From Felis catus (lineage: Eukaryota): DNA of 64,000 bases. The position numbers were made by a program, and so were the translations under genes. The notes below the pieces were generated by a model. It was not told the DNA's origin. It saw only the letters and a program-made list of their open reading frames with translations, and did not search any database. The stretch lies in the NCBI RefSeq assembly GCF_018350175.1, contig NC_058368.1, positions 206,896,001 to 206,960,000 of the forward strand, given 5' to 3'. Shown piece by piece: positions 22,809 through 35,426 of the stretch. The first letter of the stretch is position 1, and every line of letters begins with the position of its first letter.

Positions 22809-25800
22809 AAATGCTTTTCAATCTGTACTCCATGCATCAGCATTATCAGGTATCTACAAGAGCTTTTCTTTGTCTTTCTCTCTTCCTTGTGTACATGTTT
22901 TGAACATGTTTACATTGTCTTCTTGGTAGATCTCTTTGTTTCTGTTTCTTTTGGGCCCATTCTTTTTTCTTGTTCTCTGACTTTTCTTTCCTGCATCTTG
23001 GCCTCTTGGCCTCTTGCCTGTTTGTCTCACTCTGTCCTTTTATGATCAAAAGACTAAATTGCTTTTCCAATTTTTTTAGTTCAATTAGTGAATGTAGTTT
23101 TAGGATCTCTGTTCTTAACATTCACAGGAGAGCTTAGATTTATTTCTAGAAAAGAAATGACAAAAAAAAAGTTGAATGTCATTAGATTAATGTTTTTTTG
23201 TGTGTGTGTGTGTTAGTAAATAGCCCTGGCAGAAATAGTCTGATCAATATTAAAAGTAATTGATCTCAAACTTTAATGGATGTTTCAGAGCAGCTCTCAC
23301 AGCTGCCAGGCATCACCTCTTGCCACTGTAGCATTTGACAAATACTCTGGTTTTTAAAGGGTACTCACTACCTCATTTCACTGTTTCGCATTTTTTATGT
23401 TAGAGAATGCCTCAGGCAGTCAGAAGAGATAGCCACCTCTAAAATTAAGGAATCTCTAGAAAGTGTTATTTTCCAATTTTTTTTTCTAGAGATGTTTTGA
23501 AACTGTCATCTATTTGGAACAATTACCAAGTTTTTAAGCATACATCTGCCCAAGTGGAATGTTGTTATTATTTTGTCACATTCCCATGTGGACCAGAGGA
23601 ATGGGATATTTTTCTTCTGTTTCCTAAATGTGTGGGAGTTTGATTTTGAGAGAAGGGTCATTTGAAAGCACCAAATGTTGCTTAATGTGGTGCTGGGGGC
23701 ATTGGCCAAGAGGGAAGATTTGGACTTGCTGGAGAACAGCAGAGAGCAGTAGGGTGCTTGGGTGGAGAAAAATACATGTCAAGGGACAGGCAAGATGAGA
23801 GAGTGCAAACGAATTTTCTATGCATCTTAGCTTAGCTAGGACGGGCCCTCTACTGCCGTGTCTTCAAAAACTCACATCTGAAACCTGTCATGAGTTAGAT
23901 GTATCTGGGTCTTGCCTGTGTGGGTTCAGGCCCTCTCTGGGCAGGTAGTGTAGACCTCAGTTCAGGATGGAGGGTTGTTCACGACAGCTGGGCTTCTCTC
24001 TTATGTACACATAAATGGCACACACGTACCCACCCACAAAATCGTACTGGGAAAGGGTGAATTATAATTATCATACTGATAATTACTACAGAATTGCAGA
24101 ATTTATAGTGTTTTCTCATACATTATTTCAGAATGAAGAGAATGAGGAGTCAGTGACCACAGTTGAGAGGAAGTGTGGAGAGAGTAGATAGGAAAGAGTA
24201 AGGAGATAAATGGGGAAGAAATATCCACGTATGGGGGGTACCTAAAAAGTAAGAAACAGAGAATGCAGTTAACTGAGGGAACTTGTTACCTTATCACAAA
24301 TCTAATCAACTGATGACTGATGTTTCCTGTAAATGCCTCTAGGCATCTTGAAAAGAGATGCAGCAGATTGGAGAGCATTGAGATTTCACAGTCTAGACTC
24401 CAAAATTAATTAAGAACATTTGGGGGAAAAAATAGTTCAAAGATTTCAGAAAAGGACAACTATGCAGGCTGCTTTTACTGAGCCCATGTGAATTGTGGTC
24501 TAAAAACAAACTTCAAGCTTTGCAGGGTTTGAAATACTGATGAAGGCCCAGATGTGTTCCAAATAGCTCTTTGGCCATGGAGAAGGAGAGCTGGACAATC
24601 AGTGGACTGTCACTTCATTCAGCATTCGAGGCCTTGGTGGGGGCAGGGGTTCATGAATTTAAGCAACCCAAGGGACCGGATGCCTGGCTATGCATGCAAA
24701 AAACAATAATAGTCCAACTGACCTCACCGACACAGCAGTCATATGACTCAGGTTGGACTGCCCTGTGAAGTATGAGTAAATAGCACTGTGGGTCCCCACC
24801 ATGCTGCCCAGGCAAGCTGACATCAAAGGGAAGAAAAATAACCACCACCGGTCCTCTCAAAGGATTGACATCATCTAGTTCCTTCAGAGTAGTTCTTGTG
24901 TACATTAATTGCCTTTCCCCCTTCTAGGTTGTGGTAGTTAGATCAAAATTAGAATAATGTAGATCTTAGCAATGAAGTTGTTCTCTCTTCTGTAGGGTTT
25001 TCATATTTATTACTATTCTCTTCAGTGTCTCTTTCCAGGCACCCTTGACAGGTAGAATTGGGGCATTCAGGACAATGGGCTTCATGAGACTCTTCTCAGA
25101 TTTGGTCTGACCTTCTCAGTGTCTGTGGGTCTCCTTGATGCAAGAGAGAGGGAAATAAATAAAATACATGTTTTCAGTTCTTACTGAGCCCTTTAATGTA
25201 GATGTCATAACTGGGCTGTGCTTCCTCATCTTCCTCACGAGGTGATTAAGCTGCGTTGTGTATAAATCTACTTGAGTTTTGATAACATGTGACAGAAACA
25301 ATTTTAAAGCCTTCTGTAAGAACTCACAGAATCTCTTTTTGTAATCAGCACATGCTTCTTTAAAATTACTAGCAGATTCGTCCAACATTATGGAGACCTC
25401 CAAAACATGAAGATAAAGCTTTATTCAAGTAGGAAGAGCTTTGAAGAACGTTTGATGTGTCTTTTACAAGTCAATACTTTCATTAGAGAAAAAGGAGCCA
25501 GTGCACAGCTTATCAATAAGAGTAGGTGGATGGATGTTGGGAGGGCATGGGAAAGGTGGGGGTGTACAGAAGCTGTGACACATAGAATAGCTAGCAAAAT
25601 GGCTTCTCTGTCATGGCTAGGAAGTGTCTGGGTCCAGGGGGTATGGTAGAGACACAGATGCTGCCTGTTGATTGTCTCTGCAGGAAGGCATAAAAGTCAG
25701 GTCATGTGAAGCCTGGGGATCAGAAGACCCAGTTCAGGAGACAAACTGCCTTTTATCCTGGTGAGCTAGGGCCAGAAGGTTGGTGGGGCCAACAGGGTGG

Positions 25801-26905
25801 AGATGGTAATCATATCTTCTTCAATCATATCTTCTTCAGTTAAAGTCCCAGAAAGGAGCTCTTAGTGGAATTCAATCTTATACTAAATTGCTTAGGACAG
25901 ACACCTAGGAGGTTTAAAATGAGTTTCGCATATAGTAAGAGGACAAGAGTTCCTTTGGTATCATACGTTACGTTGTGTCTTCATAAATGCTTGATTGGAT
26001 CAGATCTACAGGCAAAATTCTTTCCATTGAAATCTACAAGTGAGGGTAAAAAAAAAAAGATAGCAATATTATTTTTCCTTCACCTCTTTATATTCATGAT
26101 ACTAAGGAACAATATATAATTGACTTTAATCTGGTATGACTGTTTGGGGACTAATCATTATTTCAAGGATAGATCTTATTTGGATTTGGTTTATGTGTTC
26201 AATCTTGTACTGTTTCATTTAGGGAGGAGATACAGAAGTAAACTGAGTAGGCATATTCTTAACTTATTTTGCCATGTTATCCATGATCATATTTCTGTTG
26301 TTTTTTTTCCCTTATAATTAGGCTCATTATAGAGATTCTGAAAATTACAGAATATAATTTAAAAATCATAATACCAATAGTTTCACCATAAGAGGCCATT
26401 GCTATTAATATCCGGAGACATTGTTTTATAGTTGTTTTCTTTGGTTCTGCAAATCATAGAACGTATTATTAACAAATTTTTTAAATTTTAAAATGGGCAT
26501 AATCCTTATTTCCCCTTATTAAAGAGGACTGCAGTAAGCCAGTATTGATTCTTAGTGATTTTTTAAGCAGACCAAACTTGTCTCTGATGTCTCTAATCTT
26601 TTCAGCTTTACCTTCCTGACTCCCTACTCTAAGTGCCTTATAGGGTGGTGCTTTTATCCACCCTTCCCATTATATCATATAAACTACTGTGCCTCTATTT
26701 GGTCTGTTGTTCCTTTGTAAATAAGCTCCCCCCACCAAATCCCATAGTCCAGCCCCAACCTTCAGAAACATATATTCACATAGGGTTTTTTTTTTAATAC
26801 CCAGAACCTCTTGACATCAAAACTTAAAACATATGATTCACTGATGATTGAGATGGATTAAGAGGTCCCCAAATCCCTCTATGTTGTATTTAAAGTCCTT
26901 AGCTC

Positions 26906-27119
26906 GGGGCACCTGGGTGGCTCAATTGGTTAAGCGTCCTACTCTTGGTTTTAGCTCACGTCATGATCTCACGGTTCTTGAGATCAATCCCCGCATTAGG
27001 CTCTACACTGACAGTGCAGAGGTTGCTTGAGATTCTCTCTCTCTCCCTCTCTCCCTCTCTCCCTCCCAGAGACTCTCTCTCTGTGTCTCAAAATACATAA
27101 ATAAACATTAAAAAAAATG
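26906..27119 (+). mobile_element. Can-SINE
   Basis: TSD TAAAGTCCTTAGCT at 26891-26904 and 27120-27133. Confidence 0.95.
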
Positions 27120-27484
27120 TAAAGTCCTTAGCTGAAACTTCATATGGGATGATTAGAAAGTGTTCACAACATTGGTGCTTCAGAGAGCCCCCGCCCCTTT
27201 CCCTTTTAGAGTTAACTAAGCCTTTAATTTAGAACTTACTTATGAAGATATTGTGTTGCTATCTGGAATTGTGTATATTTTCTCTTGTTTCTCTTCTATA
27301 AACAACATCTTATCATCTAGCTGGCTCTCTATGTCCCAGTCTAGTGAAGGAGTTCAGCTGGTATCAGTTCAGCTAGTAAGACTGTTCTACAGGAACAAGG
27401 TTTAACCAACAAATAGGAGTCAACCTTGATTCCTCTCTCTCTCTCGCCTGCCCTCCTCACATGCTTGTACACACATGCCCTTCT

Positions 27485-28153
27485 TTTTTTTTTAATTTAA
27501 TTTAATTTTTATTTTTTTAATTTTTAATTTAATTTTTTTTTAAATTTATAGACAAGTTAGTTAGCATATAGTGCAACAATGATTTCAGGAGTAGATTCCT
27601 TAGTGCCCCTTACCCATTTAGCCCATCTCCCCTCCCACAGTCCCTCCAGTAACCCTCTGTTTATTCTCCATATTTATGAGTCTCTTATGTTTTGTCCCCC
27701 TCCTTGTTTTTATATTCTTTTTGTTTCCCTTCCCTTATGTTCATATGTTTTGTCTCTTAAAGTCCTCATTTGAGTGAAGTCATATGATATTTGTCTTTCT
27801 CTGACTGACTAATTTCACTTAGCGTAATACCCTTCAGTTCCATCCATGTAGTTGCAAATGGCAAGATTTCATTCTTTTTGATTGCTGAGTAATTCTCCAT
27901 TTATATATATATACCACATCTTCTTTATCCATTCATCCATTGATGGACATTTGGGCTCTTTTCATACTTTGGCTATGTTGATAGTGCTTCTATAAACATT
28001 GGGGTGCATGTGTCCCTTTGAAACAGCATACCTGTATCCCTTTGGATAAATGCCTATTAGTGAAATTGCTGGGACATTGGGTAATTCTATTTTTAGTTTT
28101 TTGAGGAACCTCCATGCTGTTTTCCAGAGTGGCTGCACCAGCTTGCATTCCCA
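27485..28153 (-). mobile_element. 5'-truncated carnivore/felid L1 inserted in an L2 remnant
   Basis: ORF2 C-terminal peptide [23 protein letters not shown] (27962-28162); perfect 17-bp TSD TACACACATGCCCTTCT at 27468-27484 and 28154-28170; L2-like flanks GGAGTCAACCTTGATTCCTC and AATCCATCAGCAAG. Confidence 0.95.
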
Positions 28154-28699
28154 TACACACATGCCCTTCTAATCCATCAGCAAGTTCAGTCAGTTAAGAC
28201 TTCAAAACACATCTATAATTCAGTACAGGTTTCTCTATCCACTAGCACTGTTCTTGTCCAAACTCCTGTCAGGAACAATTGGGAAATGCTTTGAAATGAG
28301 TAAAGAAAGATTACCAGATGTTTTGTCTAGCACATTTTTTCCTGGTTATCTGTGCCTTTTATATATAAGTTTTTGAGCTATTTTACAACTGTTTGAAATT
28401 GTAGAAAACTGATAGTAATACATATGATTCTTATTAATACAAATGCAACTGGTTCTTGTCCTGTGGGTATTGGCCAGTTTTACATCTATCATATTTGAAA
28501 TTCATGTCTGCATTGCAGATTGCTAATACATGTGTGTTCTTTGACTTCTCTTTTGAATTAGTTGTAACATTTTACTAATTTATTCATTAATTAATGAATT
28601 TAAAAAATACCATCTATGACACATGTTTATTTTATGTTTGTTTGTATGAGAGTCATGGTTTTATCTTAAACATTATCCTTGAACACCATTTTCAGTTCT

Positions 28700-29085
28700 T
28701 TCCTAGATTATATTACCCTTCTAACTGGTTTGTTTTCTCTCTGTTATTGTTCAAACATTTCTCCATAGACAAACTTGAGTGATCTTTTCAAAAATTAAAA
28801 TCAGACCATCTTGCTTTTCAGCTGAAAAATTTCCAAAGGCGTCTTATTGTTCTTATAATAAAACCTGAACTTCATTACATGGTTTACAAAACTCTAAAGG
28901 ATGTGGCACTTATAATTTCTCCAACCTAATCTTACATCCTTCTCCTTATTTTTCACCATACTTCATCTATATTGGCTCCATTTCTGTCCCTGAAATTATC
29001 AAACCTTTTCCCACCTCAGGACCTTTGCACTTGCTTATCTCTGCCATATTTTATCTTAGACATTTTCCTGGTTGATTCCGTGTCA
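28700..29085 (+). mobile_element. L2 fragment
   Basis: GAGTGATCTTTTCAAAA...ATCAGACCAT...CCCACCTCAGGACCTTTGCACTTGCT. Confidence 0.75.
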
Positions 29086-29087
29086 TT

Positions 29088-29264
29088 TTTTTAAGTTTAT
29101 TTATTTATTTTGAGAGAGAGTGAGCATGAGTGGAGAAGGGGCAGAGAGAGAGAGAGAAAGAGAATCCCAAGCAGGCTCTGTGCTGTCAGCATGGAGCCCG
29201 ACACGAGGCTCGATTCCACGACTGTGAGATAATGACCTGAGCTGAAATTGTGAGTCGGACACTT
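29088..29264 (-). mobile_element. 5'-truncated Can-SINE
   Basis: SINE body stops at CGGACACTT and lacks about 26 nt of head; short putative TSD G(T/A)GTCATTT. Confidence 0.88.
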
Positions 29265-29589
29265 GAGTCATTTGGAAAACCCCCGGGTAGAAGGGAAGTG
29301 ATGTGTTGTGCGTGATCTGAGGTGAGACGCCATCAGGTTGTACTGGTGTGAAGGTCCGGGTGGCCACAATAAGAGATAGATGAGGTCAAGAGAACTTGAA
29401 GGGATGTAAATAAATGTTTAAAATACAGGGGAGCAGCAATATTAAAAAAGGGGAGGGGAAAGGCAGAAGACAGGGAACAAGACAGAGAACAATTAACCCG
29501 CTGAGTGAACTTTATAGAATGCAATCCACCTCTTACAACCTCAGACCTTTCAACTGTGAAAGGATGGAACTAATGACTGAACAGTGGAA

Positions 29590-29790
29590 TGATGCAGAGG
29601 TCTTTAAAAACATTAATGCTTAGGTCTTGCCTGCAGATATTCTGATTTAGTTTGTCTCTAATGCAACCCAAGCATTGGGATTAAACTCCCCCCCACCCCA
29701 AGCACACACACAAAACAAAACAAAACAAAAAAAACCCAAACAGCCTATGGGTGATTCTAATATGTAGGCAAGATTGAAAATCTTCATTTA
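29590..29790. mobile_element. MER5-type hAT-Charlie MITE
   Basis: AGATATTCTGATTTAGTT...GGTGATTCTAATATGTAGGCAAGATTGAAAA. Confidence 0.65.
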
Positions 29791-30034
29791 GAGCCTCTAA
29801 GGGCTCCTTCAGTTCCAACATGTTATTATTCCATCTGCTATTTTTAAAACTTCTAAGGAAAAATATTCTCCAATCATCTTTAGCCAGATGTGTTTTATAA
29901 GAACTTTCAAAGTCAGTGAACTTCTACTTCCATTCCTCCTTTAACAGCCTTATCTCAGTTAAGCAGATGATTGTGGATGCCTCAGTTTAGGCAAAGTATA
30001 AGTTAAATGAATGGTTTCAACTGGCCTTTGGTTA

Positions 30035-30066
<32 letters not shown>

Positions 30067-30455
30067 TTTTTTCTCCAGAATAACTCTGTTGCAATTTCTA
30101 TTGGCTGCATAGTATAGTTCTACAGAAAGCCTGCCTGGTGATCTTCCTCTTGCCAAGTTATTTTGGAGAAATTGCTAACTGGAAACTCTTTTTTCCAATT
30201 TTGCAATAATTGGACTGATTTTCAGTTACTTGCCTCTAAAAATATGAAATACCAAATAGATATAAAAGATTTAAAAATATAAAATATATGTGATGTATAA
30301 AGAAGGAAGATATAAAAAAATGTCCATGCGTCCACTACCCATTTTAGAAACAAAAAATTAAGCCAAAATCCCCTGTGGATATGCCCTTGTATCGTAATTT
30401 ATTGTATTACTGTCACTCAGAGGTAGCCTCCAGTGTGAATGCTGTGTATGCATGT

Positions 30456-30459
<4 letters not shown>

Positions 30460-30506
<47 letters not shown>
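30460..30506. repeat. (GA)n microsatellite
   Basis: Direct observation. Confidence 0.95.
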
Positions 30507-30507
<1 letters not shown>

Positions 30508-31027
30508 CAGAGAGAGAAACGGAGACTATGATGGAGAAGTCCGGGGGGTGGGGTGGAGAAGATCACTACACGAGGCATTTATGACCACTACTAAAGTAGG
30601 TGTACAAAAACTTTCCCACACTTTAGACCGAACTCAATTACATAGTCTCACCTGTATGGTCGTATGCCCAGTATGAAAATAAAGTGGTTTTCAAAACACA
30701 TGATATATTCTCTGCTATACCATAATACTTCAATGAACATTCGAATTTTTCTTTATTATGATTGAGCTGCTATAGACATTCTTTTATAAGTCTCTCAGTG
30801 TCCCTATGCAAGAATGTCTCCCAGACAGTAGCTTTTGAACATTTTTGTTTTACCATAACTCAGTGTAAGAAGTGTATTTTATGCTATTTCCCAGTATAAA
30901 CATATACCCACGTAAACACTTAAAACTGGAGGGAATTTTCACCAAGAAATAGTTATCCATTATTCTTTAAATAAGTTCACCAACTTAGAGTTCTCAATTT
31001 TTGTTGTCTTTAACCTGTCTAAACTTT

Positions 31028-31255
31028 TTTTTAATGTGTATTTATTTTTGAGACACAGAGGGAGATAGAAAGCCTGCGTGAGCACAGTTGGGGAGGGGCA
31101 GAGAGAGAGAGAAAGAGAAAGAGAGGAACAGAAAATTTGAAGCAGGCTCTGCACGGAAGAGCAGAGAGCCCTGTGCGGGGCTCAAACTCACAAACCACGG
31201 GATTGTGACTTGAGCTCAAGTCAGACACCTAATGGACTGAGCCCCTCAGGCACCC
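31028..31255 (-). mobile_element. Can-SINE (diverged)
   Basis: Flanking repeat TGTCTAAACTTT at 31016-31027 and 31261-31272. Confidence 0.92.
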
Positions 31256-31723
31256 TGTCTTGTCTAAACTTTAATACTATTCTCCTTGAGCAGAAACAGC
31301 TGAAGGCTAATCCTGAGATGTTTTTTCTTTTAGATTCATCAGACTTTTCATTTATAGCTTTCCCATGAAAAACAACTCACTCAAATCAGAAAATTGGATT
31401 TTTTCCACATTTCTCTTTGTTACCAAGATTACCTGTACTTTTCCCTGAATCCAAGTGGGGCTGTGGATGAACCAATCTAAATGAAGGAGTTTACTCAGGT
31501 TTCACAGGACAACACTGATTTCATGATCACAGCCTATTTTATTATTAAGTTTTGAGGGTTTTTTTTTTCTCAATTTTGTCACTGGGTGCAAGAAATACTG
31601 TATTGCTTTAATTTGAATTTTCTTGTGGAATGTATGAAATGAACTTTTTATTTTCCAAATGTTTGTTGACCAGTGAATGTAAATATGGATGTATTTATAC
31701 GTATTTTTAATTAGAAATTTCTT

Positions 31724-31941
31724 AAAAAAAATTTTTTTAATCTTTATTTATTTGTGAGAGAGAGAGAGAGAGAGCATGAGCAGGGGAGGGGCAGAGGGAG
31801 ACGGAGACACAGAATCTGAAGCAGGCTCCAGGCTCTGAGCTGTCAGCACAGAGCCTGACGCAGGGCTTGAACCCATGAGCTGTGAGATCATGACCTGAGC
31901 TGAAGTCGGACCCTCAACCAACTAAGCCATTCAGGCACCCC
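31724..31941 (-). mobile_element. Can-SINE
   Basis: TSD TAGAAATTTCTT at 31712-31723 and 31942-31953. Confidence 0.95.
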
Positions 31942-32051
31942 TAGAAATTTCTTTTAAAGTCCTTGGCTTCTTCCCATTTTTGTTAAATGCTTACATTTTT
32001 TCATACATTATGTATAAACCTGTTTTATATTATGTATAAACCTGTTAATAT

Positions 32052-32054
<3 letters not shown>

Positions 32055-32082
<28 letters not shown>

Positions 32083-32660
32083 TTTTTTATATTTAAATTG
32101 TACAATACGATGATTTAATATATGTATACATAATGAAAAGATTCCCCACATGGAGTTAATTAACCTCACATATTTAACCTTTTTCTTTTTTTTTCAATAT
32201 ATGAAATTTATTGTCAAATTGGTTTCCATACAACACCCAGTGCTCATCCCAAAAGGTGCCCTCCTCAATACCCATCCCCCACCCTTCCCTCCCTCCCACC
32301 CCCCCATCAACCCTCAGTTTATTCTCAGTTTTTAAGAGTCTCTTATGCTTTGGCTCTCTCCCACTCTAACCTCTTTTTTTTTTTTTTCCTACCCCTCCCC
32401 CATGGGTTTCTGTTAAGTTTCTCGGGATCCACATAAGAGTGAAAACATATGGTATCTGTCTTTCTCTGTATGGCTTATTTCACTTAACATCACACTCTCC
32501 AGTTCCATCCACGTTGCTACAAAGGGCCATATTTCGTTCTTTCTCATTGCCAGGTAGTATTCCATTGTTTATATAAACCACAATTTCTTTATCCATTCAT
32601 CAGTTGATGGACATTTAGGCTCTTTCCATAAATTTGGCTATTGTTGAGAGTGCTGCTATA
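32055..32660 (-). mobile_element. 5'-truncated felid L1 with about 90-bp 3' transduction
   Basis: L1 3' end 32195-32660, internal T-run 32180-32194, extra segment about 32089-32179, second (TTTA)n tail 32055-32088; perfect 17-bp TSD AAACCTGTTAATATTTA at 32038-32054 and 32661-32677. Confidence 0.92.
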
Positions 32661-33149
32661 AAACCTGTTAATATTTAAATGCAAAAAATAGACAGGTATA
32701 TTTTATTTTACGTACAATTTCATTGTATATATAATATATAACATACATGTGTGCATTTCTTCATTTTATAATGACCAGGACAGAACTATAATTTAAAATT
32801 ATTAATGAGGAAGTAGTAAGAAAATTGGTTTTAAAAAAAAGTGAAAATGGGTGCTGAGACAAGTTAACAAGTTTTTGCATTAAACCATAAGAAAAGGTAG
32901 TAAAATGTGAAATGTAGAAAAGAGGAAATATTAGAAGCTCCAACTGAGTTGTTTTCCAGAAATGTACAAGATTTGGCAGTTGACTCACTGCCCATAAGAG
33001 GAGATGTTACCAATGTTGGTTATAAGTTATTCTGTCTGTTGCCTGGGAGGAAGGTGCTGACAAAAAGAAAAAGGGGAGTTGGTATAAGGAGCAGTTTTAA
33101 GGCAGAAATGATCAGTTTGGGAGACTTGAAAAGTATAAAGCAGCAGAAA

Positions 33150-33960
33150 AAAATTCCCATAACCCTAGAGGAAAACTGACATAAGATTTTAATGCATATC
33201 CTTTTAGGCTACTCAGAGTATACCTTACAGAGCTGAGATATTGTTTTAAGTACATTTTTTAAAACCATTTTATACTTAATATGAGCATATGTTCATGTTA
33301 ATAAACATTTTTTATAAATAGCTATTTAAATATGTGTAAGATAGTCTTATAGAAATGTACCATTTCCTCAATTTTGACAGTTTGATTAATTTCAGTTTGT
33401 CATTTTTTTAAAGAAATCAGCATAATCTGAAATATTTTAGTGTATAATTGTTACTTAAATTTCTGATTAATACCTAGAATCTCAAAATTGTTATTATTAC
33501 AACAATTATGTTTGTTTTAAGCTATTTGTTATATGCCTTCTACTCTCAGAAGAATTATGCCAATGTATACTCTCTCAAGCAGTGTGTCAGAATACCTGAT
33601 TACTGTGCCTTCTTCTATACTAAATACTCACATTAAAACAGACAACAAAAAGAAAACTGCTAATTTAGCATGGTGAAAAACAAAATATCAGCATCACATT
33701 ATTGCTTTGTTTTTTTTTTCATCTATTCTAATACTCTGAACTTCTAATATTGTACATGTGTGTGCATGTGTGTGTGTGCATGCATGTGTAAAAATTGTTT
33801 ATTTTGACTATTGAGAGTCAATATTTTAAAATCCATTTTAAGTATTTTATATATATCAAGGATTTCTTTTTTCGCTTTAACATTTTTTTTGCAAACACAT
33901 TTTTCCATTTGTTGTTAAAGAGATTCATGTTTCAATATGCTAATTTTATGGAATTCTTTA
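33150..33960 (-). mobile_element. Ancient L1 (L1ME-like) remnant
   Basis: Degenerate motifs such as TGCCAATGTATACTCTCTCAAGCAGTGTGTCAGAATACC; boundaries approximate. Confidence 0.5.
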
Positions 33961-34235
33961 TTATGGTTAAAATATTTATTCAGAGAAGTAAAATAGTAGG
34001 AGCCTCAGGGAATCCTTGGATCAGCAGGTGGGCAATAGGCTTTTGAAGCCCCATAATAAGGGATGGGAACATTTAAAAAGGAAATGGAAGGATGCCAAGC
34101 ATAAATGTTGTCTGTGGATTGCCTACAATATGGTAGGCACTTGATAAATATTTGTTGGTTGATTGCTTCTAAATACTGTTTCAGATTTGTCTTACATCTG
34201 TCTTTCTTCCAGCCAAGATACAGTAATGGATTTCT

Positions 34236-34452
34236 TTTTTTTTTTTTTTTTTCAACGTTTATTTATTTTTCGGACAGAGAGAGAGAGCATGAACGGGGGA
34301 GGGGCAGAGAGAGAGGGAGACACAGAATCGGAAACAGGCTCCAGGCTCTGAGCCATCAGCCCAGAGCCCGACGCGGGGCTCGAACTCCCGACCGCGAGAT
34401 CGTGACCTGGGTGAAGTCGGATGCTTAACCGACTGCGCCACCCAGGCGCCCC
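34236..34452 (-). mobile_element. Very young Can-SINE
   Basis: CpG-rich, pure T tail; perfect TSD CAGTAATGGATTTCT at 34221-34235 and 34453-34467. Confidence 0.97.
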
Positions 34453-35215
34453 CAGTAATGGATTTCTAATGTTCAATGAGGGCAAAGCATTTCTGTAATT
34501 TACCATTAGGTACAAGTTAGAAATCTTTCTGCCTCCATGCTTTGAGCCCCAGTGGTTGCCAGACCTAAATAAACTTTGGTGGATCATGTTCTTAGCCATA
34601 GCAAAAGCCTATGACTTTGTCTCTTTTCTTTGTAGCACTAAAACTTCCTGGTATAGTCTTGTGTGTGTTATTAGAACATAGCAGCAAGAGGGGAGCCACT
34701 GGTTTTTGAGCCTGGGCAATATTTTAATAATAGAACCTACTAAGTAGAAAAGGAAAAACGGGATGTCACCAAGAGACTTCTTGGTAAAGCCAGTAGCTTT
34801 GTTTTTTCTCCTACATTATACTGTATTTGAAAGAGATAAACAAGTTTGCCTCAGATGGTTTTCTCTCTTTATAAATAGGCTGCTCCAATATACTTGATGC
34901 AAAGTTTTGGTTAGCATGATGAATCCAGGCTTTTTGCTATTGAGCATTTGGATTCGTTCTTAGATATGGACTAGAATGCATCTCCAGCCTTCTAAGATTC
35001 TTCTGGTAAATGATTGCAAAAAAACAAAACAAAGCAAGGCAAAAAACAAACAAAACAAAAAACACCTAATTGTGTGAGATAGAAGTGATTTTTCTGGTAT
35101 GTTTTCCATCTTCACAATTGATTATGCATGAAGAAATGGCTGTACATGGGCGCTAAGGGTTGTACCTGAAGGAGCGTGTTCTCCTATTTCTTCAACTTAG
35201 AATTCCCTCATTCTT

Positions 35216-35426
35216 TTTTTTTTTTTTTAATTTTTTAATGTTTATTTATTTTTGAGAGACAGAGCGTGCACATGAGCAGGGGAGGGACAGAGGGAGGGAG
35301 ACAGTTTCCAAGGCAGACTCCATGCTGACAGCAAAGAGCCCAGTGTGGGGCCCCAACTCATGGAACTGCAGGATTATGACCTGAGCCTAAGTCAGATGCT
35401 TAACTGACTGAGCCACCCAGGCGCCC
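35216..35426 (-). mobile_element. Can-SINE
   Basis: TSD TTAGA(A/G)TTCCCTCATTCTT at 35197-35215 and 35427-35445. Confidence 0.95.

Noticed and set aside
25116..25403. 95-aa minus-strand ORF that looks helical (ADYKKRFCEFLQKALK...)
   Set aside because: No ATG start, no recognised homology and no convincing splice sites. A tBLASTn or PhyloCSF test would be needed.
25410..25810. Possible ancient LTR on the minus strand (AATAAA and TATA-like motifs)
   Set aside because: No recognisable termini, TSD or family match.
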